Shown: positions 1 to 11,938 of the stretch, one piece after another | Numbering within the stretch: the first letter of the stretch is position 1 | How the letters are laid out: each line of letters starts with the position of its first letter | NCBI GenBank assembly: GCA_002633005.1 | Contig: NMRA01000048.1 | Coordinates: forward strand, 1,103,582-1,167,581 | Length of the DNA stretch: 64,000 nt | From: Phoronis australis | Taxonomy: Eukaryota > Animalia > Phoronida | Direction: 5' to 3' | Notes under the pieces: generated by a model | Databases searched by the model: none | What the model saw: the letters and a program-made list of their open reading frames with translations, nothing else | What the model was told of the DNA's origin: nothing | Position numbers and translations under genes: made by a program

Positions 1-188
1 ACAGCTGGACAGCCATGCACACAATAGACAACTGGACAGCCATGCACACAATAGACAACTGGACAGCCATGCACACAATAGACAACTGGACAGCCATGCA
101 CACAATAGACAATTGGACATCCATACACACAATAGACAACTGGACAGCCATACACACAATAGACAACTGGATAACCATACACACAATT
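1..188. repeat. 27-bp minisatellite (ACAACTGGACAGCCATGCACACAATAG), ~7 copies, runs off window start
   Basis: CTGGACAGCC recurs at 5, 32, 59, 86; later units degenerate. Confidence 0.95.
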
Positions 189-384
189 AGCTGACAGTTT
201 GTCCTAGACTGATGTCTCAGGATCACGAGCCTCCATTTGAAGAATGCATTGCTACTGTAATCAGCTTAGGTGCTTGTCTGAGGTTTGTCCTACAGGTGTA
301 CAACCACATAAATCAATCGTTTTTAGCGATACTTTGAACATCAGTTCAAATACAGATTTCCGCACCTAGGCTATGCCAACTTAC

Positions 385-463
385 CAGTCACTCGGTGAGC
401 AGTCACCCCTTCTTTGCTACTCATTAGGACAGCCCTCAACAGGGGCTTCCAATCGTCATCCAT
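385..463 (-). CDS. TDRD7: First coding exon of a LOTUS (OST-HTH) domain protein, TDRD7/Tapas-like; gene continues left of the window
   Basis: Minus strand gccATGG at 463 reads MDDDWKPLLRAVLMSSKEGVTAHRVT then G|GTAAGT donor (379-384, phase 1). In-frame TAG upstream; acceptor TTTTTTATTTCAG puts the exon start at 543. LRAVLxSxKxGV matches the N-terminal LOTUS helix I recall for TDRD7 (LRAVLQSHKNGV). Only 26 codons visible, so TDRD5 or another LOTUS protein is not excluded. Confidence 0.72.
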
Positions 464-470
464 GGCAATG

Positions 471-484
471 GTTGCTAAGGCAAC
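471..484. promoter_or_regulatory. RFX X-box-like palindrome GTTGCTAAGGCAAC in the 5' UTR of the LOTUS gene
   Basis: Close match to X-box consensus GTTGCCATGGCAAC, 7 bp from the start codon. Confidence 0.45.
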
Positions 485-1162
485 AAACTACTATCACTTG
501 TTGTAAGCTTGATAAATATTTGCAATGAGTTTAAAAATCCAGTCTGAAATAAAAAACGGCCACCATTTAAACCTGTGAACTACAAATTTCCAATATCAAC
601 TTTACTGAAAAAGATATGGTTGTGACGAAACAACAGTGAATACGAGTCATTGTTTGTTGTTTTAGTAGTTAACACTGATACGTAGTGGATTAAAAATATA
701 TGCTGAAAACTGCAACACCCTTTATTCAGAAGTCTAAAAAAAACAAATCAAAACAAGGCCCCACAAGAACAAATTCAATCTCAACAGGAATTGCAAAACC
801 TCATGAACATCTTTGAAAGTCCATGTCGCCGCCATTCAGTGGCGGTTTGTATATAAAATCTTGAAATCAGTACAATTAACTGAGGCTAACCATCCAAAGC
901 AATTTGTGGAAGAAATACACACCGTAACCTCAAATGAGTTAAAACAACATCGTTTTTCAAACTCAATGCTGGTGAGTCTTCCTAAAACCCCTTTGAGGTG
1001 ATGAGAAAGCATCATTTCAAAAATCTATCGGGTCTATTTACACCAACCTCTAGACTATTTACATTAGCAAGACATTTTGGTCGGTCATTTCTCTGGCCAT
1101 CCACAAGTGTTACTTTTCCGTTGCGGAAAAAATAGGAGCATACAGTGTTAAAAATAACCAGT

Positions 1163-1409
1163 TGCTGATTTGGGCAACCGGACGAAGGACTGCTCCATGA
1201 AAAAGTTTGATTACAGGAGTATAAGTTCGAGTTGGAAGGAATTAAAGACATTGACGGCCTCCTAAGGTGTCCCGCTATGCACAAAAGATACTTATAACAA
1301 CCTGACTTCGATTTTTTATTAGGAATAATTTGCTGAAAAGTTTCCGGCGTCTGAAGCGCCTATAGGAGGTTCACCGTCTCGAAGGTCCGTTGAGACGGTA
1401 GTCACTGTC
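1163..1409. mobile_element. Solo right arm of the long-TIR MITE family also at 2474-7124 and 57113-57699
   Basis: Shares GGAAGGAATTAAAGACAT...GGTGTCCC.CTATGCAC and the terminus GAGACGGTAGTCACTG with the right arm at 57450-57699. Confidence 0.8.
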
Positions 1410-1601
1410 CAGGTGAGAGTCGGTTGACTTCAAGATTTTGCACCCACCCCGCTGGTCAATAGCTCTAAATCTATGTTAATATAAATTTCCCGACGAGGCA
1501 ATAATCAGATCTACCCAGTTGGCGTGAAACTTCGATGTCTATTAGAGCTCAGCACACAGTGGTTCCTAGCTGTATTTTGTTGATAATCTTCATAGAGCAA
1601 G

Positions 1602-1752
1602 CCACAAGCATCATCCTCAACTAATGATTGTCCCCAATACACCATACAAGGTATGACACTCGCCACAAGGAATTCCGTGGGTGCTTCACTTCAGCCGGCC
1701 ATGTCAAACACAAAACTTAATAAATTTACACAAAACAGGGATTCAGCAAACC
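1602..1752. mobile_element. Diverged solo arm of the GGTTTG-terminal long-TIR family
   Basis: Homologous to 7972-8129 (TACAAGGTATGACAC...AACTTAATAAATTTACACAA...CAAACC), ending at the same terminus. Confidence 0.75.
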
Positions 1753-2173
1753 AAGAGCAATTGTTCTTTCTTCTAGTGTCCTGCTCCAGCGAGTTCGCAC
1801 CGAATTCCCAGTGAAAGCACAAACTTCTTTCCAAAACGCCGCTGCGTACTGTCAGTGTGCCGGTATGGAATTATCCAATGAGTTACGGATGGACGGCAAT
1901 TGCCGGTTTATCACGAAAGTTTGCAAATAAGTGTAGAGTTATTGATGTCGTGAACTTCCATGACAAATCGGTAATTTCCATTTGGCACACTAACAGTACG
2001 CAGCAGCTTTTTGGGAAGATTTTTGTGCTTTGAACGAGAATTTGTTGCAAACTCGCAGAAGCAGATCACCATAAATGCTAACAGAAGAAAGAACAATTGG
2101 TTACTCATGGTTTGTTGAACCCGTCTAGTGTAAATTTATTTAAGTTATGGAACACTTATGTGTTTGATATGGA

Positions 2174-2319
2174 CATGGGCGGTGCAGCACTGAAAAAAGC
2201 GGGGGGCTAAAGCCCCTCAGCCACCCTGTGGCACACCACCTATAGACCATGTGCGACGTAGCACTGAAAAAAGTGGGGGCTATACCGTAGGCCCCGCAGC
2301 CCCTATGGTGCCGCCCATG
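2174..2319. mobile_element. 146-bp mini-element, TIR CATGGGCGG/CCGCCCATG, 5-bp TSD ATGGA
   Basis: ATGGA at 2169-2173 and 2320-2324; removing the insert restores colinearity with the other arm copies. Confidence 0.8.
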
Positions 2320-2473
2320 ATGGACGGCTAAGTGTGAAGCACCCGTGGAATCCTAGTCCCGAGTGTCATACCTTGTAGTATAGTGTATTAGATTGGAGAC
2401 GATCAGAATCTGAGGACGCCTGTGGGGCAAGCTGGCTGGCTAGCCCTAATTAACCCTCTTTGCTTTTGGCTTA

Positions 2474-5400
2474 GGCAATGACCATCGCCTCTGTTGGCCC
2501 GAACCAGAGGCGATGCAGAGGCTATAGGCGCTCTGTACGCCGGAAGCTTTTCGGCGAATTATGCCTCGCACCGACTAAACCATCAAAGTCACGTTGTTAT
2601 AAATACCTTTTGCGCATAGAGGAACACCTGAGCAGGGCTCGACGCTATTAAAATTGCCAGGTCGCATTTTGCGACCTAGCCAAAATCCCAGGTCACATTT
2701 TCAAAATCCAGCTCGCATTCGTAAATGCCAGGTCGCAAAAATTTCCCGCCATTTTTACGCGCCAAAATAGAATTTTTAGATCATCGAGAAAATGTTTTGA
2801 TTATGCTTTTACCTGCAGCGTTAAATACTCACAAATTTCGGATCTCAAAATTGACTTCATTCATGCAGGTACGGCCTTACTGTTCTACACGACCGCCAGG
2901 CAAGTTGCCGATGTGAAAGTTGAATCAGTGCTCTCTAACTGACTTTTGCATTCAAGTAGCTAAATTTGAGATGTGAAAAGGGAGAAAATTCCCGTTGAAA
3001 AAGTATCCGGGATTTTGTTAGATCTGGCCTGCTAATGGCTGTCATCAAAGTCGTTAACGATTCAAACTAACTCGGGTAATGGCGAGTTTGCTCCTCAATA
3101 CCTTCCAAGTACGGGAAAAATAGGTCAGTCACAAAACGACACGAATGTCACTAGTGTTAACTTTCTTTCCGAGGTATAAAACAAAGCCGGGATTTGGTTT
3201 TTACATATTGTGAAAAGACGTTTTTTGAAAACTGAAGTTGTGTAAAATGAAAGTGACACACCATATAAGCTGCACGTCAATTTTAAACCACCCGCGGTCG
3301 TTTGTAGTGCGCTATCATGGGCGCTAGCTTGAACTGTGGGCGCTTAATTGGAAATTCTCAAATTTAAGGGGGGACTTTTAATAGATCAGTGAGCGCTTAT
3401 TATGAAACACTTTAAAGGTAGGGAGTAGGCTTGTGCGTGAGCATAGTCGTTAACCTCAGTGTTTGCGGTAAGATATTAAAACGCTGCAATGGTAAGAAAC
3501 GTTATAATAATACAAGTTTGCGAGGCAAACTCAATCTAGTAGGGGTGACTTTCTGGATGTTGTTACCACCTACATTGTACCCCTTTTAGCCACCCGAAAT
3601 GACTTTGTTTTTAACTGCCTGCTTCAGCCGCAACAAGGTTGTTTCTATAGGAGCCTGAACATTTTATGGTGACGGTGGTTCGGGGAGTGAAAAGTTGCCG
3701 GGGTGGGGGGTGTATAAAGAGAAGAATAAAAAGTTCGCTAACTTGAACCACAATTTTGCATCTAGTGCCAGTTTAGTTGCAATAGCTGGCTACGGGCATA
3801 GAATACATGGTTTACAGAACATCGACCTCGGGAAACATCGGAACAAGAAAACGTCAGTTCTGGGTAATATCGGTCCCGGGACATCGAGTCTTTTATAACC
3901 GCTGGGAATCTGAGTTCATTTTCAAATAAACCAAAGTCAAGCCGGTATACTCTTTCATTTAGGACTGCCGCTGTTCTTTGAAGTGGTGCGCACGTGTGAG
4001 TTCACGCACTTGAATCGCTAGAGTAGGCCTACACTTTACGTTGGCAACAAAGTGTGAAAGACAAATCATATTTCGTACACGTAGCCCCAGAAACAAGTAA
4101 AGGGTTTGAGAATTTCTTGGCAACTGAAAGTAAAGACGTAACCGTCGTTTGGCGATTAATAAGGTTGTCATTTTTCACTTTGGCTGTCTTAATACGATAA
4201 AAAGGAGAAGCACATCTCAGTCTAAGCCACGACTGTCTGCCGGGACCGCTTGTGCGCTAACGGTGCCGCAGTGCGATATCAGGGATATTGTCGTGGATAT
4301 TTGGTACATGTAATAAGGACATCTTATGTGAAAAATAAACATTTTTGTCCACTACAAAGTTTGGTAAGTTGATCGCTTAAGAATTAGCAGAAACACCGTT
4401 GTTTTGTGAAGTTTTATCGCGTGTTAAGCAGTGGCCCGAAACTTTCTTCGGCGAATCCGGGAATTTACAAAAGTGGCCGAAAGTGTTAGCCAATGAAACG
4501 CGTCAAAGGTCGATTCTGCATATCCCATGTTCACCCGACTTGCTTACAAGTCATCGGGAGGACTGTTTTCGGTTAGTGTTCTTTTGAACTTGGATTTGGC
4601 AACAACCAAATAACGGTCGGATTAACAAGAGCTGCTTTGTATTAGCCAGGTATCTGTTGAGAAATGTAAAAACCCATGTCGTGAACACATCCACTAAAAC
4701 AAGAAACTGTAGGAACACCACATTTATCCACCTTCACTCTTATCAGGCTTCTATTGTGAGTCAGCATGCGTGAATAATTGGCTGATAAGCCACCTCTTGA
4801 ACTACTTTTGGCTGAATGGATGACCAGGCCATAAAATGATAATTAGCCAAGACCAGTTACTATGATGCAACAAAGAATAATGTCTTGCATCACCTAGCCT
4901 TGGTGGAAAGCTGTATACTGTATTGGCTCAAACAAACGCTTAGAAAAATTCATTTCACGGGGAGGCGACGCTTGTTATAGTGAGCCTACGGCAGTTGAAA
5001 CCAGTTTCCCAAACGGGTAAAATTGGAAGCTAGGATTCATCGAATTTACGCTCTGTGACGTAGTTGTAGCCTATGACAGCCTTTCTACAAAATTGTGGTG
5101 CATTGCTATCAACTTCCGTTGTTAAATTACAATAATTTTTCAAAAAATTGTGCTCATCACAGGGTGAAAACTTGCCGACTGATGCGTCGCTGAATCGCCA
5201 TCGTCAATAGGAAAACTTGAACTCTTGAATAAAAATATAGTTTCGACTCAACAAATTACCTGAAATCTTCCTTATGTTTTACAATTTTTAAAGTTCATGT
5301 GGAGTCCAGATTAATTGCGATTAAGTCCAAATGTGCGCTACATCGTACTCCACAACACGAGAAAAATCTCTGGATGAACACACATGTTGTTGTCACGTGA

Positions 5401-7124
5401 CGTTTGTTTTGAAGGTCGTCTGCGTATGAGAGTGAGTGAGCGTGCGTGTGCGGGTCATCGACGATAGACTTTTTTGTTACAAAAGGCGGAGGATTATGCA
5501 AGAAAATGGCGTTTACTAGATTGTTTTTCACTTAAACGGCTGCAACATGCAAGGTGAGTGCTGGTTAGCTCACAGATTTTGTGTGCACAGGCCGACTGTC
5601 GTTAGCTCTGCCGTGGAGTATTACTAGTCCAAGGCTCGATCTACATGTTGGGGACGAGGTGAACTACTCGGGCTGTGTGAAATTTCTGGGTCTAACGGAG
5701 ACACTGACGCAGTGGTCAGCCAGCTCGCTGTATCAAGACTATAGTCAAAATCCAAACTCGTTTTATCGTGTCCCTGTCAATAATAACGGCATGCTAAAGC
5801 CTTCTTAATTTTCGTACTTCAGGAACATAACAATCACGTGTTTTGTACACATACAGGCACGCCGCAGATCACATCTCAGAAATTGCCGATTTGACGGATG
5901 ACAATGAATGAACACAATGAAATTAACAACGTCGTTTTACAGCTTGTAAGATTCACAATAAATGTACGTATTTTGAATATTGCAATGCATGTGTTCCAAA
6001 ATCTACATAACTTGGGTCCTATATTTTTGTATTAGTGCGCGCCGAATGAAAGTAATCGTGAGTGTTGCTGTGTTGCAAAATCTCTTATCCTGGGCCGATT
6101 TGAAAAATTCTAAGTTGTACTCATATTTGTTTTCGCTCCTCTTTTCAAATATTACAGTAAAAACTACGTAAAACTCTCTCCATAAAAAAACAGTCTGCTA
6201 GCTAGATTGTAATCAGCTGATCATATCCGCATGAGCGAAGCCAATTATCCTCGCTCGTGACTCGATGACTAGAGCAGCTTGGCGGCATCCCTTTGATCGT
6301 GAGCCGAGTGCGACTCAACCAAGGTGGATAAATACGGTCTACTTCAATTTTCCATACCCAACCGTTCACCTTAACCACTGGGGTTAGGACCAATCTTATT
6401 TAGTGGGAATGTTCATAGTATGCCAGCTCGCATTCGTTGGAAATTCCAGGTCGCATTTTGCGACTTGATACGAGCTGACAAAAATCTCAGCTCGCATTTC
6501 CAAATTTCAGGTCGCAAATGCGACCTGCAGCTCGTTATGTCGAGCCCTGCTGAGGAGGTTGTCGATGTGTTTAATTCCTTCCAACTCGAACAAATACTCC
6601 CATTACCAAACTTTTTCTTCGAGCAGTCCCTATTTCAGTTCCCAAAATCGTGAACTCACCACGCTAGGTGATGTGACTTCATGACCTCAATCTTTAAATA
6701 GGCCAAAGGTGAGCCATTGCGGTCTTGTCAGTCAAATGTTCGTTTTCAAAATGCCACCACTTATACTTGTCATTAATCTGCGTTACTTGAAACTGATTGT
6801 ACTTCAATGAATTATTGTTTGTATTTGATAAAAATAAATGCTGTTGATATGAAATTTAATAGTCTTTGTGCACATATTTGACATTTTAATGTTTAACAAC
6901 ACGGCAAATGCACGGCTGGTTCCCGGCAGCACGTACACAAAGGGCGAGAACTTCAGCTTTCAAAGTTCGCTGGTAGGTCCGCAACTTCTGACCTTCGGCC
7001 TGGTTAAAAAAATTATGGTTTAGTCAGTGCAAGGCATAATTCGCCGAAAAGCTTCCGGCGTACAGAGCGCCTATAGCCTCTGCATCGCCTCTGGTTCGGG
7101 CCAACAAAGGCGATGGTCATTGTC
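2474..7124. mobile_element. TA-flanked long-TIR MITE (Tc1/mariner-type), interrupted by a 3.9-kb insertion
   Basis: 2474-2582 is a near-perfect inverted copy of 7016-7124; TA on both sides; the left arm resumes at 6555 and aligns with the uninterrupted copy at 57113. Confidence 0.85.
2633..6549. mobile_element. Non-autonomous hAT-like element, TIR CAGGGCTCGAC/GTCGAGCCCTG, 5-bp TSD CTGAG
   Basis: Perfect 11-bp TIRs; CTGAG at 2628-2632 and 6550-6554; subterminal CCAG(G/C)TCGCA repeats at both ends; no transposase ORF. Confidence 0.85.
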
Positions 7125-8011
7125 TACTTTTGGCTTTGGTTTGGGCGTTTGGCTCTTTAAAAATCTTTAGTTGATGACTGGTCTCAGTAGCATAGCTGGC
7201 GACCGGGCATTTGAGATTTGGCTATGGCTACGCCTATGGCATAGAAAGGTTTGGGACAAACAATACAGAAATATACAAACTCTATCCAAATCTCACAAGT
7301 TCCAGAAGGCTTGAACTCTTCAAATTTCGCACAAAATACGAGACACGCTTTTCTCCGCAGACGAATGAGATCGCGATAAATGACTCCCTCGAAGATACTC
7401 TGACGTAATTGTCGGTCAATAATTTAAAGAATATCAATCTATACCCACTATGTGTGTGTTCAGTATCCCTATTTAACTGAAATTCTCAATACAGAAGATG
7501 CTGAGTTGTTGTGAAAACATGTTCGAAATAGATAATTTGCGAACACAATTTCCAGCTGATTTCCGGTCGTACTTGAAGTGGAAAATGATTAGCAGGTAAG
7601 AAACTTGAAACCAGAAGTATGATAATTCAACAATCTTTGCTAGTCAAAGTGTTATAAAATTCCAAAACACTCAGCGTTCATCTTTCATTTGCAATTGACC
7701 TCTAATGGTCGTCCTGGTGGTCCGTGACTGTATTTGCCTTGGGAATCTCTTTATTTTAGTTTTTGTGACAAAGCCTAAGCCCGGCCTAAGTCAAAGGTCA
7801 AAACCGTAAGGCGTAAAACGAAGTTTGCGGATCCGATGAGGCTCTCCCTTCTGATCTGTGCTGCCCTCCTCGTAGTTGGTCCCTAATAGGTGATATCTTA
7901 ACACCCCATGGAAGTCATCTTGTTGAACATTGGTGATACACACTGGTAAAGATTGTAAGCTGGCTTAAATCACAGGCGTCTTCAGCTTCTGATATTCTCC
8001 AATCCAATACC

Positions 8012-11000
8012 CTATATATGCTACAAGGTATGACACCCGGGACTAGGAATTCCACAGATGCTTCACTTCAGCCATTCATATAAAACACATAACTTAATAA
8101 ATTTACACAAGACAGGGGTTCAACAAACCTGATCTGTTCCTATCTCAAAATGCTAACAGTGTATGGAAGTGTTTTGGTTGTTAATTACATAAACATTGTA
8201 ACTGGGTCAAAAGGTTTAGTGGCAAATTTTAATACACTAAGTGGTGTTTTTGACCAATTCACTTTATAGCAAGATTCGAGTCATTACCCCCAAGTTTCTG
8301 TTAACTTAGTGGCCACAATTTGCTGCACCAGTCTGGGTTGTACATGCAAATTTTGTTTTTGAAACATTTGTAGCATCACTCTAACCAGTGCAAAGCAAAA
8401 CTAACAAATGCATTAAAAGTGGTTAATTTACTGGCCACAGAATGCAGGTGTTATGTCATCTCAAGTAGTTGAACCAAATTTATACCAAGGTGACATTTCA
8501 GTTGACACATTTTGGATATTTTAATAACAAGGAATTGCCCAAAATTGTACCAGTTTCTTCTAATAAATATTGTGGAGCCTTGGCAGTAGTGTTGTTTTAT
8601 AGTGAACTTAACATAATGCAGTTAGATAGCTTAGCAAAGATATTATTTGACAGACAGACTCTTGAGGGTCTGCCCTTGGCCGTTGCTCCAGCGTGAGTGT
8701 AATTTGATTGGCATTTTTAAAATGTAGGCTTTGGAATCAGCAAATGCGTTACCTGAGTGTAAATTTCCTCTGTAACGTGATGCTTGTGGTAAGCTGCTGA
8801 AAATACACTGGGGTATATAAGATGTTTTCATTACGATATTATTTTGGTTGAAATCTTTATAAAGATTTAGCTCTCTGTCACTGATTTTCATTTTGAACGG
8901 AAATTTTTTTATATGAGAATTTAAACCCACAGGGCTTCAAGTTTTCGGTCCAATTTGGAAGACCTATGGGCCATGTTATGTTTTGTCCATTTTGAATACA
9001 GTTTTAATGGACCCGTTGGCCCGAGTCAAGCTATAGAGCGCATCAATGAAATTATTTTTGTGCCACTGACGCAGAACGTGCTCTTAAAATTATCCGTGAC
9101 ACTGTCTCGCAGGCTATCACTTCATTTACAAAATGGATCCACTTAAGAACTTTTGTGATTTGTCCTCAGAAATAAAATCACCCATGTCGAAGTTGTGGAT
9201 AAGGTCTGCCTTTGTTATCTTGAGCAGCATGTATTTAGATTAAAAATTCTTGAGGCAGTAATTATCCAAATTTGAGTCTCCAACTACATTATCAATTGTC
9301 AATACAATGGCGTCAATTGAATTTTGTATTCATATAGTTGATTTTTGGTTTTCCCTAGTGTTGTCTGTTGTCCTGACATTTGACCTTTGACATCCCTGTT
9401 GTACTTATACCACTGACCCCTACCTTGCGCGTTTCATTTTTTAAATTGTAGAAATAAGGCGGGAATTTTATTCACTTATTGAATAGTATATGATGACCAA
9501 AGTACCAGGTAGATAACTTCCAGACGAATATATCTCCGTTTTACCATGTGGATTGCTTATTTCGGTGTCACGTCTTTGGGACAACTGTTACGACCTCTGA
9601 CCCCAGATGACGATTGGACAATGTGAAAAAATGGTGATTAAACTGGAAAAAATCAAATCAAGCTGTGTGTGCATTGAGACTTATTACAAGTTTTTAAGTC
9701 AGGTCTGCACGCCACCTATTGGCCACATCACATGATCTAAAGATCCATGCAGGTTTAAGATTTACATATATATTTGAGACTTATTATTATTATCTAGCAT
9801 AACAATCAGATACAATACTCAGTGCTGCGCGGTTGAGATGTTCTTTTGACGAATGTTTAGACAGACACTATTAGTCCTAAATGGTTAACTCTTTTAACAG
9901 ATAACATTATGTTTCCTGGCATAGTTTAATAAATAACTCCTTTTAAAAAGTCAATTAAAAATACGATGGACTGGTACTATCATGTTAAAAAGTTGTTCTT
10001 TCCCCCCCAAGTTCAAATTCCTGGATATGCCCCTGGCATAGCTTGGTTCACATTGGAGATAAAATCCACTGGCTCTGCCGCGTTTAAACCGGCTGTCAAA
10101 ATCAATACTTAAGATTATCTCAAACCTTAGTCACAAAAATGGCCATTTTTGAAATATTTCACATGTGTCTAGAAAAATACCTCATCGTCATTCTCGGGGA
10201 ACTTCAAGTACAAAATATATACTGCGTAGCGAGAAAAAAAGATTTAAGAGAACCACCTTGGAACTGCGCAACTGCTTGGATATTTGTTTACTAATTATTC
10301 TAGGTCGAATCTCCCGCCAGGTACAGAACAGCTTCGTATACCCTCAGTCCTTTCATTCACAAAATCTCCATAACATTGAGTCAACGAGGTGTACTTATGA
10401 TAGAATGGTGCCGGGGAAAACAAAGACAAAACGTAGTTTTGATTCTGAGGGAGTTGTGCGTCTACATGTATACAACCGTTGGCGTTGAGAACGAATGCTA
10501 CGGTCGCGTCAGACCTTTGTGGTCATGAACACAGCAAGTTGTGAAAAAAGATAAATCCTCGCCCTAATTCCTTCATTCAATTAATAAATTGACATTTCAA
10601 TGTTTCAATCTCATGTTAACGACATGCTTTAACCACCGATTCGATTTTTGTGATCCATTTCTTACTTGGTTTCGTATCAGTCTCCCAGCACGTGACGTGT
10701 ACAGGCTATGTGTATAACAATGAATGAACTGTGACCTATTTATATAAAGTAGGCCAAAAGGTCGCAAACAACAACAAGAGTTAGGTGGGAACTGTACGTT
10801 TTAATGATAATTAAGTTAATTACGCACTGCAAAATCAGTTGACATTGCGAGTGAATGTTGAAAAGTGAACATATTAAGGCTTGTATAGGTTATATGTAAC
10901 AAGATTTCTCGAAAACGACTCGGTGGATTTTGCTGAAACTTTCCAAATTTAATATTTAGTCGTCAGTCTCAAAATCGCTGTTAGGATTTTCGATATAAAG

Positions 11001-11938
11001 GCCTATTTTTGCGTAATGTATCAAAGATGAACACGACTTCCGTTTTTTACAAAGATACCTTATGTTCTGCGAGTTGATTTGTCATAGGCACCAAACAAAA
11101 AGACTAATCGAAAATTCCTAACAGCCTTTTTGAGGTAACTGGTGAGGTTTTCATTTAAAAAAGTTTCATTAAAATCGACTGAGGGGTTATTTTGCTATGA
11201 ATGTACCTTTCTTAAAAATAAAATTTTGACTTAAATAAGGTTTTTACGTAAAAATAATAATGGTACATTAATACAAAAAGTATTTTCATATTCCCTAATC
11301 TTTTTTCTTTCAGAAAAGGTATACTTTTACTAGTTGACAAAGCTTAGTTTTATTGATATACGAGTTAGAATAGAGGCCACTAAATAAGGTTGGAAATTAC
11401 CTTAAAGTGTGAATCGTTGCAGTTGTTTTCACCTGTTGCTTTATGACACCTTTAATGTCCAGTCAAAACATCAAATGCATTTTACGTGCCGTCTAAAATT
11501 TTTGTGGTCTCATATAATCTTTATACAGTCCATCGCTCGGATCAGTCTATCAAACGGATTTGACTACTGTGGTTTCCCCTGCTAGCTGTTTTAGAAATCC
11601 CTTGGCTATCACTTTCTGGCAAAATGACGTGGAATTTTGGTTAAAGTTGGCATTGTGGTTTGTGGAGGAATTGCGACTGCACCAACTGCCGTAGCAGTTG
11701 CACCAGTTGTGTTTTGTAGTTGACTACCCTACCACTCTCTGTTGGCAGTTGTAGTTTTTGTTAGATTTCCATTGTCGGGCAGTTATTATCATATAAATGT
11801 GATAACACTTGGCGCATTAGTTTATGGTTAGAAAGAGCTTGCATCAATTGAATTTTGGACATATTCGACTATTGTTGCATCCCCTAATGGTCGTTTTAAT
11901 TTGCTACAAAATATTGGTTGTGTTGTTCATCACTTGTA
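8012..11938. repeat. Copy 1 of a ~3.9-kb direct duplication, ending at the N gap
   Basis: Colinear with 12655-16615 with scattered substitutions and several indels. Confidence 0.95.
10878..11401. mobile_element. Probable Kolobok-like non-autonomous element (TTAA|GG...CC|TTAA); second copy ~15480-16078
   Basis: TTAA flanks with GG/CC termini; internal inverted repeats GCTGTTAGGATTTTCGAT / ATCGAAAATTCCTAACAGC. Terminal TIR similarity is weak. Confidence 0.45.

Larger units (their letters stand above)
2109..8129. mobile_element. Outer long-TIR non-autonomous element (~160-170 bp TIRs, GGTTTGTTGAACCC...GGGTTCAACAAACC) hosting nested insertions
   Basis: 2109-2424 (minus an insertion) is the reverse complement of 7972-8129 and shares diagnostic bases (CCTAGTCCC, ATTGGAG, GACGCCTGTG) absent from the 1602 arm. 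No TSD visible; superfamily uncertain. Confidence 0.6.

Noticed and set aside
1602-2424. Simple MITE formed by the 1602 and 2109 arms
   Set aside because: The shared terminus would face inward, and the 2109 arm matches the 8129 arm better.
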